IMG/VR virus record: IMGVR_UViG_2925597055_000005
Coordinates: 1-64,000 of that record
DNA from: an uncultured virus (IMG/VR IMGVR_UViG_2925597055_000005)
Taxonomy: Duplodnaviria > Heunggongvirae > Uroviricota > Caudoviricetes
Strand: one strand, 5' to 3'
Length of the DNA stretch: 64,000 nucleotides
Part shown: positions 19,200 through 29,102 of the stretch, piece by piece
Numbering within the stretch: the first letter of the stretch is position 1
Layout of the letters: the number at the start of each line of letters is the position of its first letter
Notes under the pieces: model-generated
What the model was told of the DNA's origin: nothing
What the model saw: the letters and a program-made list of their open reading frames with translations, nothing else
Databases searched by the model: none
Translations under genes and position numbers: made by a program

Positions 19200-20771
19200 T
19201 TATGCGTTAGTATCTTCGTCTTCTATTCCATCTTCCGGTGGCCCGCCCTTTTTAGGCTTACCGTAAGGGTCTTGCGACTGCATTTTAAGATTACGCTCCT
19301 GTAAAATCTCCATAAATTTGGCTTCCGGATTTTCTTTACCGCTTCGAGCGATCGCTCCCTTCACAGATTCCATTTCGTTTGAAATTTCTTCGCCTAGCTG
19401 CGTAATTAGCGCCGCCTGATCCTCCGGTAAAGGAAGTCCGAAGATAATTTTGTTATCGTAATACTCATCGACTTGCGCTAGAAGCTTACTGTCGTATTTG
19501 AATCGCGGATGTTCTTGGCGCGCTTTCATATAACGCAAGATGTATTCGTTCAACGTTTGTAAACGGGACTGCCAAACGATCCAAGCCCGCTGCGTTTTCG
19601 AAATGATGGAGCCGTATAGTAGCTTTAGCGCCATGTCGTTAATACCGCCGGTATTCATGTCAGCCGTATTGACCATCGGAACCTCGCTGATTTCGTGAAG
19701 GCGTTTCTGTATCCGGTCAAGGTACGCTTCAATCGCCTCTTTAAACTTAAAGCCGCTTTCAAGCTTCTTCGCATCCGGCGTTCCTCCGTCTTGACCCGAC
19801 TCACCTAGATCCCAAATAGCGCTAGGCGAGACTTGAAACGGCTTTTTAGGATCGTAGTCTACGTCAGTTAGCAACGTAATCGCGAACATCTCAAACCGGA
19901 GCGCATCGGAGTAGTCCGATATTTTGCGGTCTATTTCGTCGGCCGTGTCGATCAGTTTCTCGATCTCGCTGTAACCTTCGCTATGTCCGGTAAGTTTGTC
20001 CGTCGGGATATGAACAACCGGGATAAAATCAAGCCCCATCGATTTTCTTTCGACTCGCTGATTGCGCAAAGACAGGCCGTCATCGTAAACGGATTCCTCA
20101 ATCTCGCAGTCATAGGCGCCAGTCTCTTCGTCGCCTTTCCATACGAGATAATACGAAAGCTTCCAAAGGCGCGTCTGCTCTTCGTCAAGCCACGCTACAA
20201 AATGAACGGCATCTAATTGGTCTGTGTCCCATTCGTTATGGACTGCGATGACTTCCGTCGAAGGGTGCCACAGAATTTTAATTTCGCCGCGTCGGGTGTC
20301 GTAGTGGAGTCTCGCATACACGCCCGTACGGCTGATAGCGCGATCTTTAGCCGCCGCGAGAAGCTTTTCGTGCATCCGGTTATCATCCCAAACCCACTTC
20401 AGTAGCCGCTCTTTCGCCTTTGCTCGACTATTTTCCGCTTGCTGTTCCGCACTCGGTTCATATCCCGGCTGCATCATTTGCGCTGGATCGTCGATTACAT
20501 CGGGCGGTACTGATACTTTCGGCTCTTTCTCGAATTGCCAAGCCGCCATCGTATCGATTAACTTACGCGGATAATTCATCGAAAGTGTAGTCGGCTCATA
20601 TGCGATATTGTCCGGCTTAATATAGTCGGACCAGACGTTTAAGCTGCCTTCATAGCGCCGATAAAGCTTAATTTCGTCGCAAATACGTTGGAATTCGCGT
20701 GAACCGATTGCTTCTTCGATAGGTATCACAAATTGAAACGGGTTAATAAAATTCCGATCAACAATTACGAT
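19200..20771 (-). CDS. Portal protein (probable ATC start)
   Basis: Follows terL; RBS AAAGGAGG then 8 nt then in-frame ATC at 20771. Confidence 0.85.
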   Translation of the reverse strand: MVIVDRNFINPFQFVIPIEEAIGSREFQRICDEIKLYRRYEGSLNVWSDYIKPDNIAYEPTTLSMNYPRKLIDTMAAWQFEKEPKVSVPPDVIDDPAQMMQPGYEPSAEQQAENSRAKAKERLLKWVWDDNRMHEKLLAAAKDRAISRTGVYARLHYDTRRGEIKILWHPSTEVIAVHNEWDTDQLDAVHFVAWLDEEQTRLWKLSYYLVWKGDEETGAYDCEIEESVYDDGLSLRNQRVERKSMGLDFIPVVHIPTDKLTGHSEGYSEIEKLIDTADEIDRKISDYSDALRFEMFAITLLTDVDYDPKKPFQVSPSAIWDLGESGQDGGTPDAKKLESGFKFKEAIEAYLDRIQKRLHEISEVPMVNTADMNTGGINDMALKLLYGSIISKTQRAWIVWQSRLQTLNEYILRYMKARQEHPRFKYDSKLLAQVDEYYDNKIIFGLPLPEDQAALITQLGEEISNEMESVKGAIARSGKENPEAKFMEILQERNLKMQSQDPYGKPKKGGPPEDGIEDEDTNA

Positions 20772-20790
20772 TTAAAACGCCTCCTTTCGT

Positions 20791-22542
20791 TTAGTAACGG
20801 TAATTACCGACGTTACCGCCTTTGCGTCTCCGCGATTTAGACGCAGCAGAAACAGCCATTTCTAACGCATCGATAACGTCGTCGTGAGCTCCTGTGCCGT
20901 ACTGTTCGAATTGTTCGAGCAATAGTGCATGCTTCCGATCAAACTGGATCGTTCCGTTCTCAATCGAAGGCAATAACGCTTCAATACGGAGCTCTTTACG
21001 GCTGCGGTGTTTTATTTTCTTAACGCGCGTATCAGCCGGATAGCCGGCTTTCGTTAGCTGCTTCTTGAGCTCATCGACGAAAAACTCTTGCGCTGCCTGC
21101 GCTTCTGCCGCAATCACAGTCGGTTGATACTGAACGACCTTCTCAACGATAACTTTCATAAACTCATCCGGCTTCAGACGCTGACCGAACGCATCAACAA
21201 CGTAAATAGAGCCGCTAATCTTATCGATAGCGACCGTCGTAATTGCGGAGAAGTCTCCACGCTCTTTCCCCATCGCGAAATCCACCGCGAGAGAAACGTC
21301 ATATTTCATGTAATCGATATTACTGTTGTGGTACGTGAACTTTTCCGGATTAAAAATCATCGATTCTTCGTCGATTGGGTGGTTCATGTACTCGGTGTTG
21401 AACGCTTTAGAGCCGTTATCCCATTTCCAGCGCATTAATTTAAACAAAGGCTGGACTTCCGGCCATAAAACTCGGCTGCCGCGCAATAATTCGGCTTCAT
21501 TTTCTCTATAAAACCGTTCTGCGTCAGCTAATCGGTTCGGATTTTCGCGATCAACATAAATAAGCCGGCATTTTTCCCAAAGATCGAGACGTTCCGGCTG
21601 TTTAATTATGGCGCGATAGACTTTCGTTACGAAGTCCGAGCGCTTATAGAGAACGTGCATCAGAAGCGCGTCCATGTGAACCGTCGTTCCCATATATACG
21701 AAGGCCGTCCGTTTTCCTTTCGGGTCGCCTAACGGCATTACCGTTTGCGAGAACCAGTTCCGGAGACTATTTCGTTGTTCGGGCGTGCTTGCGTTACCGC
21801 CCGGGCGCGCATCCTCTAAGTCATCGCAGATAATAAGATCCGGCCGCGTACCATTCCAGTTACGTCCACGCAACGCCTGACCTGTAGAGGCCGCCTGCAC
21901 TAGCGCAAGCTGCTTTCGGCTGTCTCCGTCTGGATGCCACGCAATGAATGCTTCGGAGTTATCGATGATATTCGCTTGGTCTTGCGGCGACAATAACGGC
22001 CCAAAGTCGGCGCGCAGCTTTTTGTTGAACTTAAGCTGATTCCGAATCCATTCCATATTCGCTTTAGATACGGAGGGCGTTTCCGAAATGATGATCGTAT
22101 ATTTCCGGCGCCGATAAACGATTTCGTGAACCGGAAAGGCTTTCGATAAGTAGGTCGACTTTGCGTGCGAACGGGGCGCCGCTGCCGCTATCTTTTCGTT
22201 AACCTTTTCGGAAGACACGACGTTCATAATGTCGCATATCTCTACGTGGAAATCCGGAGCTTCGCTAACGTCTGTTATGTCGAAGCCGTCCCAGTTACCG
22301 TCGTTATCCGGATTTCGTGCATCCGAGAAATATTCGATTGAGAACTCGAGCAGATTACCTTCGCATCGTTGAATCCGCTTGAGCCGTTCGAGCTCGGTTG
22401 CTTTTTCGTAATATTCGGCGATCTCTGACGCAGGTATGTCGTCGCCATACGTTTCGTCTAACGCGTCTAAGTATTCAGTTAGCACGTTGATTAATTCAGC
22501 GCGTTCAGCCGGTTTAAGCCAGCGCCCGTCAACCCATGCGAT
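20791..22542 (-). CDS. terL: Terminase large subunit (probable ATC start)
   Basis: APRSHAKST Walker A, LIICDDLE Walker B, nuclease HDDVIDAL; RBS AAAAGGAGG then 8 nt then ATC at 22542. Confidence 0.9.
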   Translation of the reverse strand: MAWVDGRWLKPAERAELINVLTEYLDALDETYGDDIPASEIAEYYEKATELERLKRIQRCEGNLLEFSIEYFSDARNPDNDGNWDGFDITDVSEAPDFHVEICDIMNVVSSEKVNEKIAAAAPRSHAKSTYLSKAFPVHEIVYRRRKYTIIISETPSVSKANMEWIRNQLKFNKKLRADFGPLLSPQDQANIIDNSEAFIAWHPDGDSRKQLALVQAASTGQALRGRNWNGTRPDLIICDDLEDARPGGNASTPEQRNSLRNWFSQTVMPLGDPKGKRTAFVYMGTTVHMDALLMHVLYKRSDFVTKVYRAIIKQPERLDLWEKCRLIYVDRENPNRLADAERFYRENEAELLRGSRVLWPEVQPLFKLMRWKWDNGSKAFNTEYMNHPIDEESMIFNPEKFTYHNSNIDYMKYDVSLAVDFAMGKERGDFSAITTVAIDKISGSIYVVDAFGQRLKPDEFMKVIVEKVVQYQPTVIAAEAQAAQEFFVDELKKQLTKAGYPADTRVKKIKHRSRKELRIEALLPSIENGTIQFDRKHALLLEQFEQYGTGAHDDVIDALEMAVSAASKSRRRKGGNVGNYRY

Positions 22543-22562
22543 AAAGATCGCCTCCTTTTCGT

Positions 22563-22600
22563 TTGACTTTCGTTATCATTTTCGTTATTATGAGTGTAAC
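22563..22600 (+). promoter_or_regulatory. SigA promoter of the recombinase with a candidate recombinase half-site at the -10 edge
   Basis: TTGACT-N17-TATTAT; TGAGTGTAAC at 22591-22600. Confidence 0.6.
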
Positions 22601-22633
22601 AAAATAAAAATTAAGATACGGAGAGTGAACGAA

Positions 22634-23185
22634 ATGGCTAACGAAGTATTCCCGATTAAATCTAAGCGCGATTTTAATAAACTGAAAAACGCCCTGAACG
22701 GTCGTAACCGTCTGTTATTGACGCTCGGCACCGCTTTTGGACTGCGTATCAGCGACTTATTGACGCTTAAGGTCGGGGATCTTCGCGGCCAAGATTCGCT
22801 AGTCATCACGGAGCAAAAACGTAAGAAAAAGCGTAAGATTACGTTTAGTTCGTCCGTGTTGCGCGAAATAAAGACGTATTTAAGTGATGCCGCCGATGAA
22901 GACTACGTATTCGCTAGCCGGCAAGGCGGCGGCAAGCCGATTAGTCGCGTTCAAGCGTACCGGATACTCAACGACGCCGCCGAACGGGCCGGCATTGCGG
23001 GTAAAATCGGCGCGATAGGAACGCATTCGCTCCGTAAGACGTTCGGCTATCGTCTTCACGACAACGGCGTTGATATTACGCGGATTATGTCTATACTCGG
23101 ACACTCAAGCGAGCGCGAAACGTTAAGATACATCGGGATAACGGCCGATGAAATATCGGAAGCTTACGAAAGCATCGAGGTTTAA
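22634..23185 (+). CDS. Small tyrosine recombinase (catalytic domain only)
   Basis: GLRISDLL (R), HSLRKTF (HxxR), LGHS, RYIG (Y); 183 aa. Confidence 0.9.
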   Translation: MANEVFPIKSKRDFNKLKNALNGRNRLLLTLGTAFGLRISDLLTLKVGDLRGQDSLVITEQKRKKKRKITFSSSVLREIKTYLSDAADEDYVFASRQGGGKPISRVQAYRILNDAAERAGIAGKIGAIGTHSLRKTFGYRLHDNGVDITRIMSILGHSSERETLRYIGITADEISEAYESIEV

Positions 23186-23266
23186 GCCTGCGGTGCTTTT
23201 TTATTTACGCAAGCACAAAAAGACCTCCGCCGTAGGGTGCGGAAGCCTCGTTCTGATTGCGGTGAT

Positions 23267-23401
23267 CTACAAAACCTTGACGCCCGCTAATTCCGCAAGC
23301 TTTTGAAAAGCTACGTTATTCACTAACGGACCTGCCTCACATTCATATCCGCAACCCTTAAGCTGCTCAACGATTTCTTTTAACGTTTTAAATTCGGTCA
23401 C
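23267..23401 (-). CDS. Small hypothetical protein (44 aa)
   Basis: RBS AAGGGAGG, GTG start, MTEFKTLKEIVEQLKGCGYECEAGPL... Confidence 0.55.
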   Translation of the reverse strand: MTEFKTLKEIVEQLKGCGYECEAGPLVNNVAFQKLAELAGVKVL

Positions 23402-23515
23402 CCTTTCGTCCTCCCTTCGAAATTACACGAAATTAGCGTTTCTAACGTTCACCCTACCGAATACCCTCCGGCTGGATTAAAACGGCTGTGGCGTTCTTAT
23501 TTCGTGGTAAAATCG

Positions 23516-23706
23516 TTATTTACGAGATACTCTAACGGTAATCACCGAGAAAATATCGTCAGCGTATTGCTTCTCGCCGTTCTCATCCGTGTAAAACGAA
23601 GCATGCATCGTATTGTCTACGGATTCCACATCGAACTTATCATGTCTAAATAAGCGTTTAGGTCTTCGATTGCCAACGCTAATTGATCACGCTTGGACTC
23701 TCGCAA
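23516..23706 (-). pseudogene. Possibly frameshifted small gene
   Basis: Strong RBS and TTG start, stop after 29 codons; another frame continues (KFDVESVDN...VRVSRK*). Confidence 0.35.
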
Positions 23707-23842
23707 TTTGGTGCCTCCTTTCCGTTAGTTCAAAGTGAATTTTTAATATGCGCGTTTAAAATGTACCTGGGCGGCCGGCTTTTCGTTTTTCCTCCCCGCC
23801 CCCTTTTTCGTTTTTCATACGGCATGCACCGTTTTGTATATC

Positions 23843-23873
23843 GAGTGTAACAATATCGGATTAAGTTACACTC
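23843..23873. repeat. Inverted repeat, candidate tyrosine recombinase core site
   Basis: GAGTGTAAC-AATATCGGATTAA-GTTACACTC. Confidence 0.55.
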
Positions 23874-24149
23874 ACCGAAGGGTGTAGGCGTTGATATGAC
23901 GGCATTCAACCGGCTTCATCACTGCGTTATGTATTACGTTTTATTTATGCATCGTATGAACCGCGGTATATCAACGTTTATATATACGGTAGGGGTAGCG
24001 CGATATGTATAAGATACTGTATATTTGCGGAGGCTATTTCGAAAGTGATCGAGGGGTCACGCGCCAGAAGGCCGCGGCTGACAAAATAAAAGCGCCCGTC
24101 AAACGGCGTAACCTACCGCTATCAGAACGCTTCATATATTACTGTACGC

Positions 24150-24536
24150 CTATTCTTCCGTTTTACGTTGCGCCCTCAGACGCTCGATCTCCGCCTTGAT
24201 ATCCGCTATGTTATTACCGTCATTCTTAACGTCTACTTCCGTTCTCTCCGTCAGCATATCGTGCCACTGCATATACGTCCGCAGCATTGCGGCATTTCCA
24301 TCGTTAATAATATGATCGGGTATTGACGCTATGATATCCGGCATTCTTTCCGCTGATTCTTTCTTGATTCTGCGTTTTAACTCTTCGTAGAAATCATCGT
24401 TATTCCGCCAGTTATGCAGCGTCTGTCTTGTAACGCCTACTTCATCGGCAATTTGGTCGTAAGTCAATCCGCCTCTATTCGGTCGCGCTAGAAATTCGAT
24501 AGCAGCGATTTGTTTTTCGCTAAGTTTTCGAGCCAT
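24150..24536 (-). CDS. Terminase small subunit-like HTH protein (phBC6A51 family)
   Basis: LSEKQIAAIEFL...TYDQIADEVGVTRQTLHNW; upstream of terL. Confidence 0.75.
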   Translation of the reverse strand: MARKLSEKQIAAIEFLARPNRGGLTYDQIADEVGVTRQTLHNWRNNDDFYEELKRRIKKESAERMPDIIASIPDHIINDGNAAMLRTYMQWHDMLTERTEVDVKNDGNNIADIKAEIERLRAQRKTEE

Positions 24537-24585
24537 TTTCGCCCTCCTTTCCGTTAAGTTTTACGTAGCTTTACGTCCTTCTATT

Positions 24586-24620
24586 ACGTATAGACAGCTA
24601 AGACGGTATTTAACAAGTAT
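24586..24620 (-). promoter_or_regulatory. Candidate phage-specific late promoter
   Basis: ATACTTGT-N11-TTAGCTGTCTATACGT; second copy at 33668-33702. Confidence 0.5.
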
Positions 24621-24881
24621 AAACGTCGGCCTATCGCTATTTATTTCGTTAGGTTAACGCTATATTAACGGATGTCTTCCGCTTGTATTTAAACATAGCG
24701 CTAATTCCGGTCACTTCGTTCCCTACATACGCGCAGATATTAATAGATATATTGATTGCGTTAACCCCGGACGAAGGCGGAGCCGTAGTTCCGGAGGCTT
24801 GTGATTCACAAGACTAAGAAGTGATTGGCGGACTAAAACGGCTGTATCCCTTGCGGCTCTAAGCGCGAACCCACTTTTCGG

Positions 24882-24933
24882 TTGTGCGAATAAAGTCGTG
24901 TTTTTGCCCGATTTGTGCGAATAAAGTCGTGTT
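24882..24933. repeat. Two 21-bp direct repeats (iteron-like)
   Basis: TTGTGCGAATAAAGTCGTGTT at 24882 and 24913, 31-bp period. Confidence 0.75.
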
Positions 24934-25006
24934 CATTATCATTTAGGTTATCGTAATTGAGAATCGCAGACTAAACGAACTCACGAAAAAAGACGCCAAC
25001 TATTCG

Positions 25007-26029
25007 TCAGCGCCTCAACGTAAGTATTTTCCCCGCCAGAAACAGCCCGACGACCGCCTTCCGTTTCAGCATCGCCAGATACATCCGCCTCGCCCAGCTC
25101 TCCTCGTGCTGCAGCGCTATCGTAACCGCCTTCCCTACGTTCGGATGTTCGACTATGCGCTTAATCAGCGTCAACTTTTCGCGCACTGTTTTACGGCAGC
25201 CCGGCTTGAATTCGTTTTGTATGCAACCGTTAACCGCGATATAACATTTCCGCCGCGCCAGATCTACCGCAACTTTCTCGCTATATAAGCCCCACCGTTT
25301 CGCGTACCGTTCAAGCGTATCGCTATCGATGTACGAATCGAATAGCTCCGGATTATATTCGCGCATCAAACTGGCGTCATTGATCTGCCGGTAATGGTAC
25401 AGCGGCTTATCAACATAGTATGCCGTCCGACAATACGTAAACGCGTCCATGTTGAACAGCCAATCCTCGCCGAGATACTTGCCGTCAGGGAACGTTATGT
25501 TATGCGTATCGAGCACGCTTCTGCGGATTACCTTGCCGACGCCGCCGTACGATCCGTTATATAAGAAATCCGTTAATATAGTCGCTTTAATCTCGGCCCG
25601 TCCGATCGGCTCATTCGCTTTTGCGCTATAACTTTTCGTATAGCTTTTCGTCTCGTCTTCGTAATCCCAACGCATGTCCGTAAACACAATATCTGCGTTG
25701 TTTTCGCGGGCAGCTTCGTACATAATCGCATAAGCTTCCGGCTCGATCCAGTCGTCCGAGTCGATAAACGCTACGTATTCGCCTTTCGCCTGCTTCAGCG
25801 CTGTATTACGCGCCGTGCCCGGCCCTTGATTCGCCTGATAGATCGGTTTGACTCGTTCATCTATCGTAGAATAGAATCGCAGGATATTGCGTGTCGCATC
25901 AGTCGAACCGTCATCTACGACCAAAACCTCGATATTTTTAAGTGTCTGTCCGAGCACGCTGTCGATACAATCGCAAAGATACTTTTCGCCATTGTATACC
26001 GGTATAATAACGCTCATTTTCGGATTCAT
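25007..26029 (-). CDS. Family 2 glycosyltransferase
   Basis: SVIIPVYN, VDDGSTD, ARN, FIDSDD, GEDW; own promoter TTGAAA-N16-TATAAT at 26081-26108. Confidence 0.9.
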   Translation of the reverse strand: MNPKMSVIIPVYNGEKYLCDCIDSVLGQTLKNIEVLVVDDGSTDATRNILRFYSTIDERVKPIYQANQGPGTARNTALKQAKGEYVAFIDSDDWIEPEAYAIMYEAARENNADIVFTDMRWDYEDETKSYTKSYSAKANEPIGRAEIKATILTDFLYNGSYGGVGKVIRRSVLDTHNITFPDGKYLGEDWLFNMDAFTYCRTAYYVDKPLYHYRQINDASLMREYNPELFDSYIDSDTLERYAKRWGLYSEKVAVDLARRKCYIAVNGCIQNEFKPGCRKTVREKLTLIKRIVEHPNVGKAVTIALQHEESWARRMYLAMLKRKAVVGLFLAGKILTLRR

Positions 26030-26127
26030 TTATAACCGCCCTTTCAGTTCGGGAATTCACGTACTTTTATCGATAGGATAATTATACCAACGCGCGCTCG
26101 AATTTCAAGACAAAAAAAGACGCCGAT

Positions 26128-26352
26128 TTATTCAGCGTCCTCTTCTGCGGCTTCTTCAATTTCGAATAGCTCATCGACTTCTACGCCGAGCGCTTTCGCA
26201 ATCGAAAAAACGTGCCAGTCTTCGTGGCGACTATTCTTATCAAATCGCGATATTGAACCTTGCGGCACGCCCGATGCTTCCGATAGTCTTACCTGCGTCC
26301 ACCCTTTCGCCTTCATAACGGCGTTTAAACGTGGCGTTGCATTTAGTTTCAT
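26128..26352 (-). CDS. XRE-family HTH repressor
   Basis: ATG at 26352; GWTQVRLSEASGVPQGSISRF. Confidence 0.85.
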   Translation of the reverse strand: MKLNATPRLNAVMKAKGWTQVRLSEASGVPQGSISRFDKNSRHEDWHVFSIAKALGVEVDELFEIEEAAEEDAE

Positions 26353-26371
26353 TTCGACCACCTCTACGACC

Positions 26372-26434
26372 ATTATACGATATCGAATAAATTTCTGCAA
26401 ATCCGTTGACATACGTTATCGTATATCGTATATT
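26372..26434. promoter_or_regulatory. Divergent SigA promoters with palindromic operators
   Basis: Minus TTGCAG-N17-TATAAT; plus TTGACA-N17-TATATT; operators TTATACGATATCGAATAA (26373) and TTATCGTATATCGTATAT (26416). Confidence 0.7.
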
Positions 26435-26482
26435 TAGAACGACGAAGGGCCCTCGTTAATAAAATCCGAGAGGGGTAACGAA

Positions 26483-27280
26483 ATGATTAATGATCCACGA
26501 AAACTGAATAGGGCGATTAAAGAACGAAACGGAGGCGCAGCCCCACCGACCAAAGCAAAGCTGCACCGTCCGAATCGAACGAAGCATTTCCAGTATATCA
26601 CAGCGTTTATTCTATGCGCAATATTATCCGCATTCACTTCAGTCACCGTGCAAGCCACCGATGTTTACCGCAACTTTGCCGAACTCCAAGCCAACGAACC
26701 CGAGACGAACTACAATATATTCGCGACCGACCACGCCACGCCCGTTTTGATACTCGCGCCGCACGGCGGCAGTATTGAAGGCGGAACTAGCGAATTATCC
26801 CGCGAACTCAGCAACGACTATTCTACGTATCTATTCGAATCACTCAAGACCTCCAACGGATTCGACCTTCACATCACGAGTACCCATTTCGACGAGCCAA
26901 CCGCGCTAGATATGACCGCCCGACACCAACGCGTTATATCGCTTCACGGATACAGCGACAGCACCGAGCACATTATCGTAGGCGGTACCGACCCTGTTCG
27001 CGGCCAGACGCTAGTAAATCGCTTGAACGCTGCCGGCTTTAGTGCCGAACTCGTAGGCGCAGGACATCGATTCGCAGGCGCGAGTAGCGCGAACATAGCG
27101 AATAAGTGCATGACCGGCGAAAGCCTACAGATCGAGCTCAGTACCGGTTTGCGTAAAAGCATGTTCGGTAAGTTCTCGCTAAAAGGGCGCGCCGGAACCG
27201 AAACCGCGACGTTCTACAAGTTTACCGGGTTGCTGTCGGAGTTCATTAACGAAAACTATAACGTTGGAGGTAACGAATAA
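26483..27280 (+). CDS. Poly-gamma-glutamate hydrolase (PghP/DUF867 family), signal-peptide-like N-terminus
   Basis: DVYRNFAEL, APHGGSIEGGTSE, LHITSTHFDEP, ISLHG, QIELS. Confidence 0.9.
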   Translation: MINDPRKLNRAIKERNGGAAPPTKAKLHRPNRTKHFQYITAFILCAILSAFTSVTVQATDVYRNFAELQANEPETNYNIFATDHATPVLILAPHGGSIEGGTSELSRELSNDYSTYLFESLKTSNGFDLHITSTHFDEPTALDMTARHQRVISLHGYSDSTEHIIVGGTDPVRGQTLVNRLNAAGFSAELVGAGHRFAGASSANIANKCMTGESLQIELSTGLRKSMFGKFSLKGRAGTETATFYKFTGLLSEFINENYNVGGNE

Positions 27281-29043
27281 TGATGCGATATACGTTGGAA
27301 GCTGAAAAGTACGATGTACGTTGGGACGGGACTGAGGCGGCTATGACTACGCAAGGAATTAATCGCGCAATACACGAGGCGGCTGAGGCCGGTTATTCTG
27401 AAGTGGAAATCCCTAAGGGAAAATACCTTATCGACGCGGTAAACCGTATTGCAGTTAAACCGGAAGAAGGCGCCGGGATACGTGTACCATCGTACATGAC
27501 CTTAATATTACATCCGAAAGCAGAATTTATTGTAGAACCAAACAGTTCCTACGGATATTCCTGCATTTATCTTGGAGAGGTCGTGGACGTAACGATAAAA
27601 GGCGGCAAGATACGCGGCGAACGTTACCAGCACGACTTTACCGGGCACGGCAATCTAAAAAAGAAGGAAACCCATGAATGGGGCTACGGCATAAACGTAC
27701 ATGGTGCCAAAGATGTCGTGATTGAAGGTGTTGATATTGCGGAGTGCACAGGCGATTGTATTATGGTAAACGCGCAAGGCATGTTAAATGTACCTTGGAC
27801 GACTTACCGACCTGCCCGCAACGTTACGATTGAGCGTTGTAAATTAGACGGTGCTCGTCGAAACAATATATCGGTCACTGGCGGCGAAGATGTAAAGATC
27901 GATAAAAACGTAATAACCAACGCAGGTATAAACGATGGCTGCAAGCCTATGTTCGGCATTGATATCGAAGGTTACGGAGAAGGCAATATCGATTACGAAG
28001 AGCCTCGCAATGTGAGGATAACGAATAATACGTTCAAAGGAAATATATTGCAGTCCGTTTGTAATTTCAGCGGATACGAGGTCGTTATTTCCGGAAACTA
28101 TTCGGATAACTCGATCTCTTACGGATTCGGAACCGACACCACTATCTCGAATAATACGTTAGTACGCACGGACAAGAAATATACCGCAATTACGAGCCTC
28201 GGCGTGTCGGCTGGCTTTACCGGAAATAACACGACGATCATCGGAAATACGATAAAAGGCTTCAGCAGTGGTATTGACGTTCGCGGAGCAGACGTTTCAG
28301 TATCCGGCAATACTATTTCGGAGCTTAGCGATGACGGCACCGCATTAGCTACCTTCGAAGCCAAGAACGTTAAGTTTTCGGATAACATCGTAAACCATTG
28401 TCCGGGTAAATTATGTAGCGCGCGTAACTCAAAAGACATAACGTTCGAAGGTAACGATCTCCACGATTCGGATATTACTGCGATAGAGATTGCCGATTCC
28501 ATTAACGTTAAAGCGAAGTCGAATGATATTAAACGCAGTAAGCAAGGCGTCGTTGTTACGCGGTCTTCAGCGAAACTGATAGATAACGACATTGATCTTA
28601 CCGACTATTCTGGCGCAACAGGATACGCGATATCTTTCGATAAGGGAAGCGACGTGGATATCGAATACAGCCGTATACCAAAACCGGCAAACATGGCTAT
28701 TTACGGAGAAAGCGCTGAAGGTAGAACCGTTCGCATTAAGGATAACGATATCACTGACGCGAAATGTTTGATACCGATTTACGTCGTCGGTGGTAAAAAA
28801 CCTGAAATATCCGGAAATGACATAACGTTTAATCGGAAGGCTTCGGGCGGTTACGGAATTCAAACGAAAAACACCGACGGTGCCTTAGTAAAGGAAAACG
28901 TTGTGTATTCGGCCAACTCATTCGCGTTGTACAATCCGATTAAGACTTCTGAGTCTGTGAATTCGCGAGTCATCGGAAATAAGGTATCCGGCACCCTATC
29001 GCTCAACGAAACCGATATAGAAACGAATAATATTTCAATTTAA
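27280..29043 (+). CDS. Right-handed parallel beta-helix (pectin lyase-like) protein
   Basis: IPKGKYLID, HEWGYGI, RRNNISV, GIDIE, Asn-ladder repeats. Confidence 0.8.
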   Translation: MMRYTLEAEKYDVRWDGTEAAMTTQGINRAIHEAAEAGYSEVEIPKGKYLIDAVNRIAVKPEEGAGIRVPSYMTLILHPKAEFIVEPNSSYGYSCIYLGEVVDVTIKGGKIRGERYQHDFTGHGNLKKKETHEWGYGINVHGAKDVVIEGVDIAECTGDCIMVNAQGMLNVPWTTYRPARNVTIERCKLDGARRNNISVTGGEDVKIDKNVITNAGINDGCKPMFGIDIEGYGEGNIDYEEPRNVRITNNTFKGNILQSVCNFSGYEVVISGNYSDNSISYGFGTDTTISNNTLVRTDKKYTAITSLGVSAGFTGNNTTIIGNTIKGFSSGIDVRGADVSVSGNTISELSDDGTALATFEAKNVKFSDNIVNHCPGKLCSARNSKDITFEGNDLHDSDITAIEIADSINVKAKSNDIKRSKQGVVVTRSSAKLIDNDIDLTDYSGATGYAISFDKGSDVDIEYSRIPKPANMAIYGESAEGRTVRIKDNDITDAKCLIPIYVVGGKKPEISGNDITFNRKASGGYGIQTKNTDGALVKENVVYSANSFALYNPIKTSESVNSRVIGNKVSGTLSLNETDIETNNISI

Positions 29044-29046
29044 CTG

Positions 29047-29075
29047 TTGACTTACGTTATACGATATCGTATAAT
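29047..29075 (+). promoter_or_regulatory. SigA promoter with a perfect 18-bp operator
   Basis: TTGACT-N17-TATAAT; TTATACGATATCGTATAA at 29057-29074. Confidence 0.75.
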
Positions 29076-29102
29076 AGAATTATAGAAAGGAGGGAAAAAC
29101 GA

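Noticed and set aside
22634..23185. Prophage integrase marking an att boundary
   Set aside because: Lacks N-terminal binding domains and lies inside the packaging module; no att site or host genes are visible in the window.
24882..24933. CRISPR mini-array
   Set aside because: Only two repeats with a 10-bp gap, and no cas genes.
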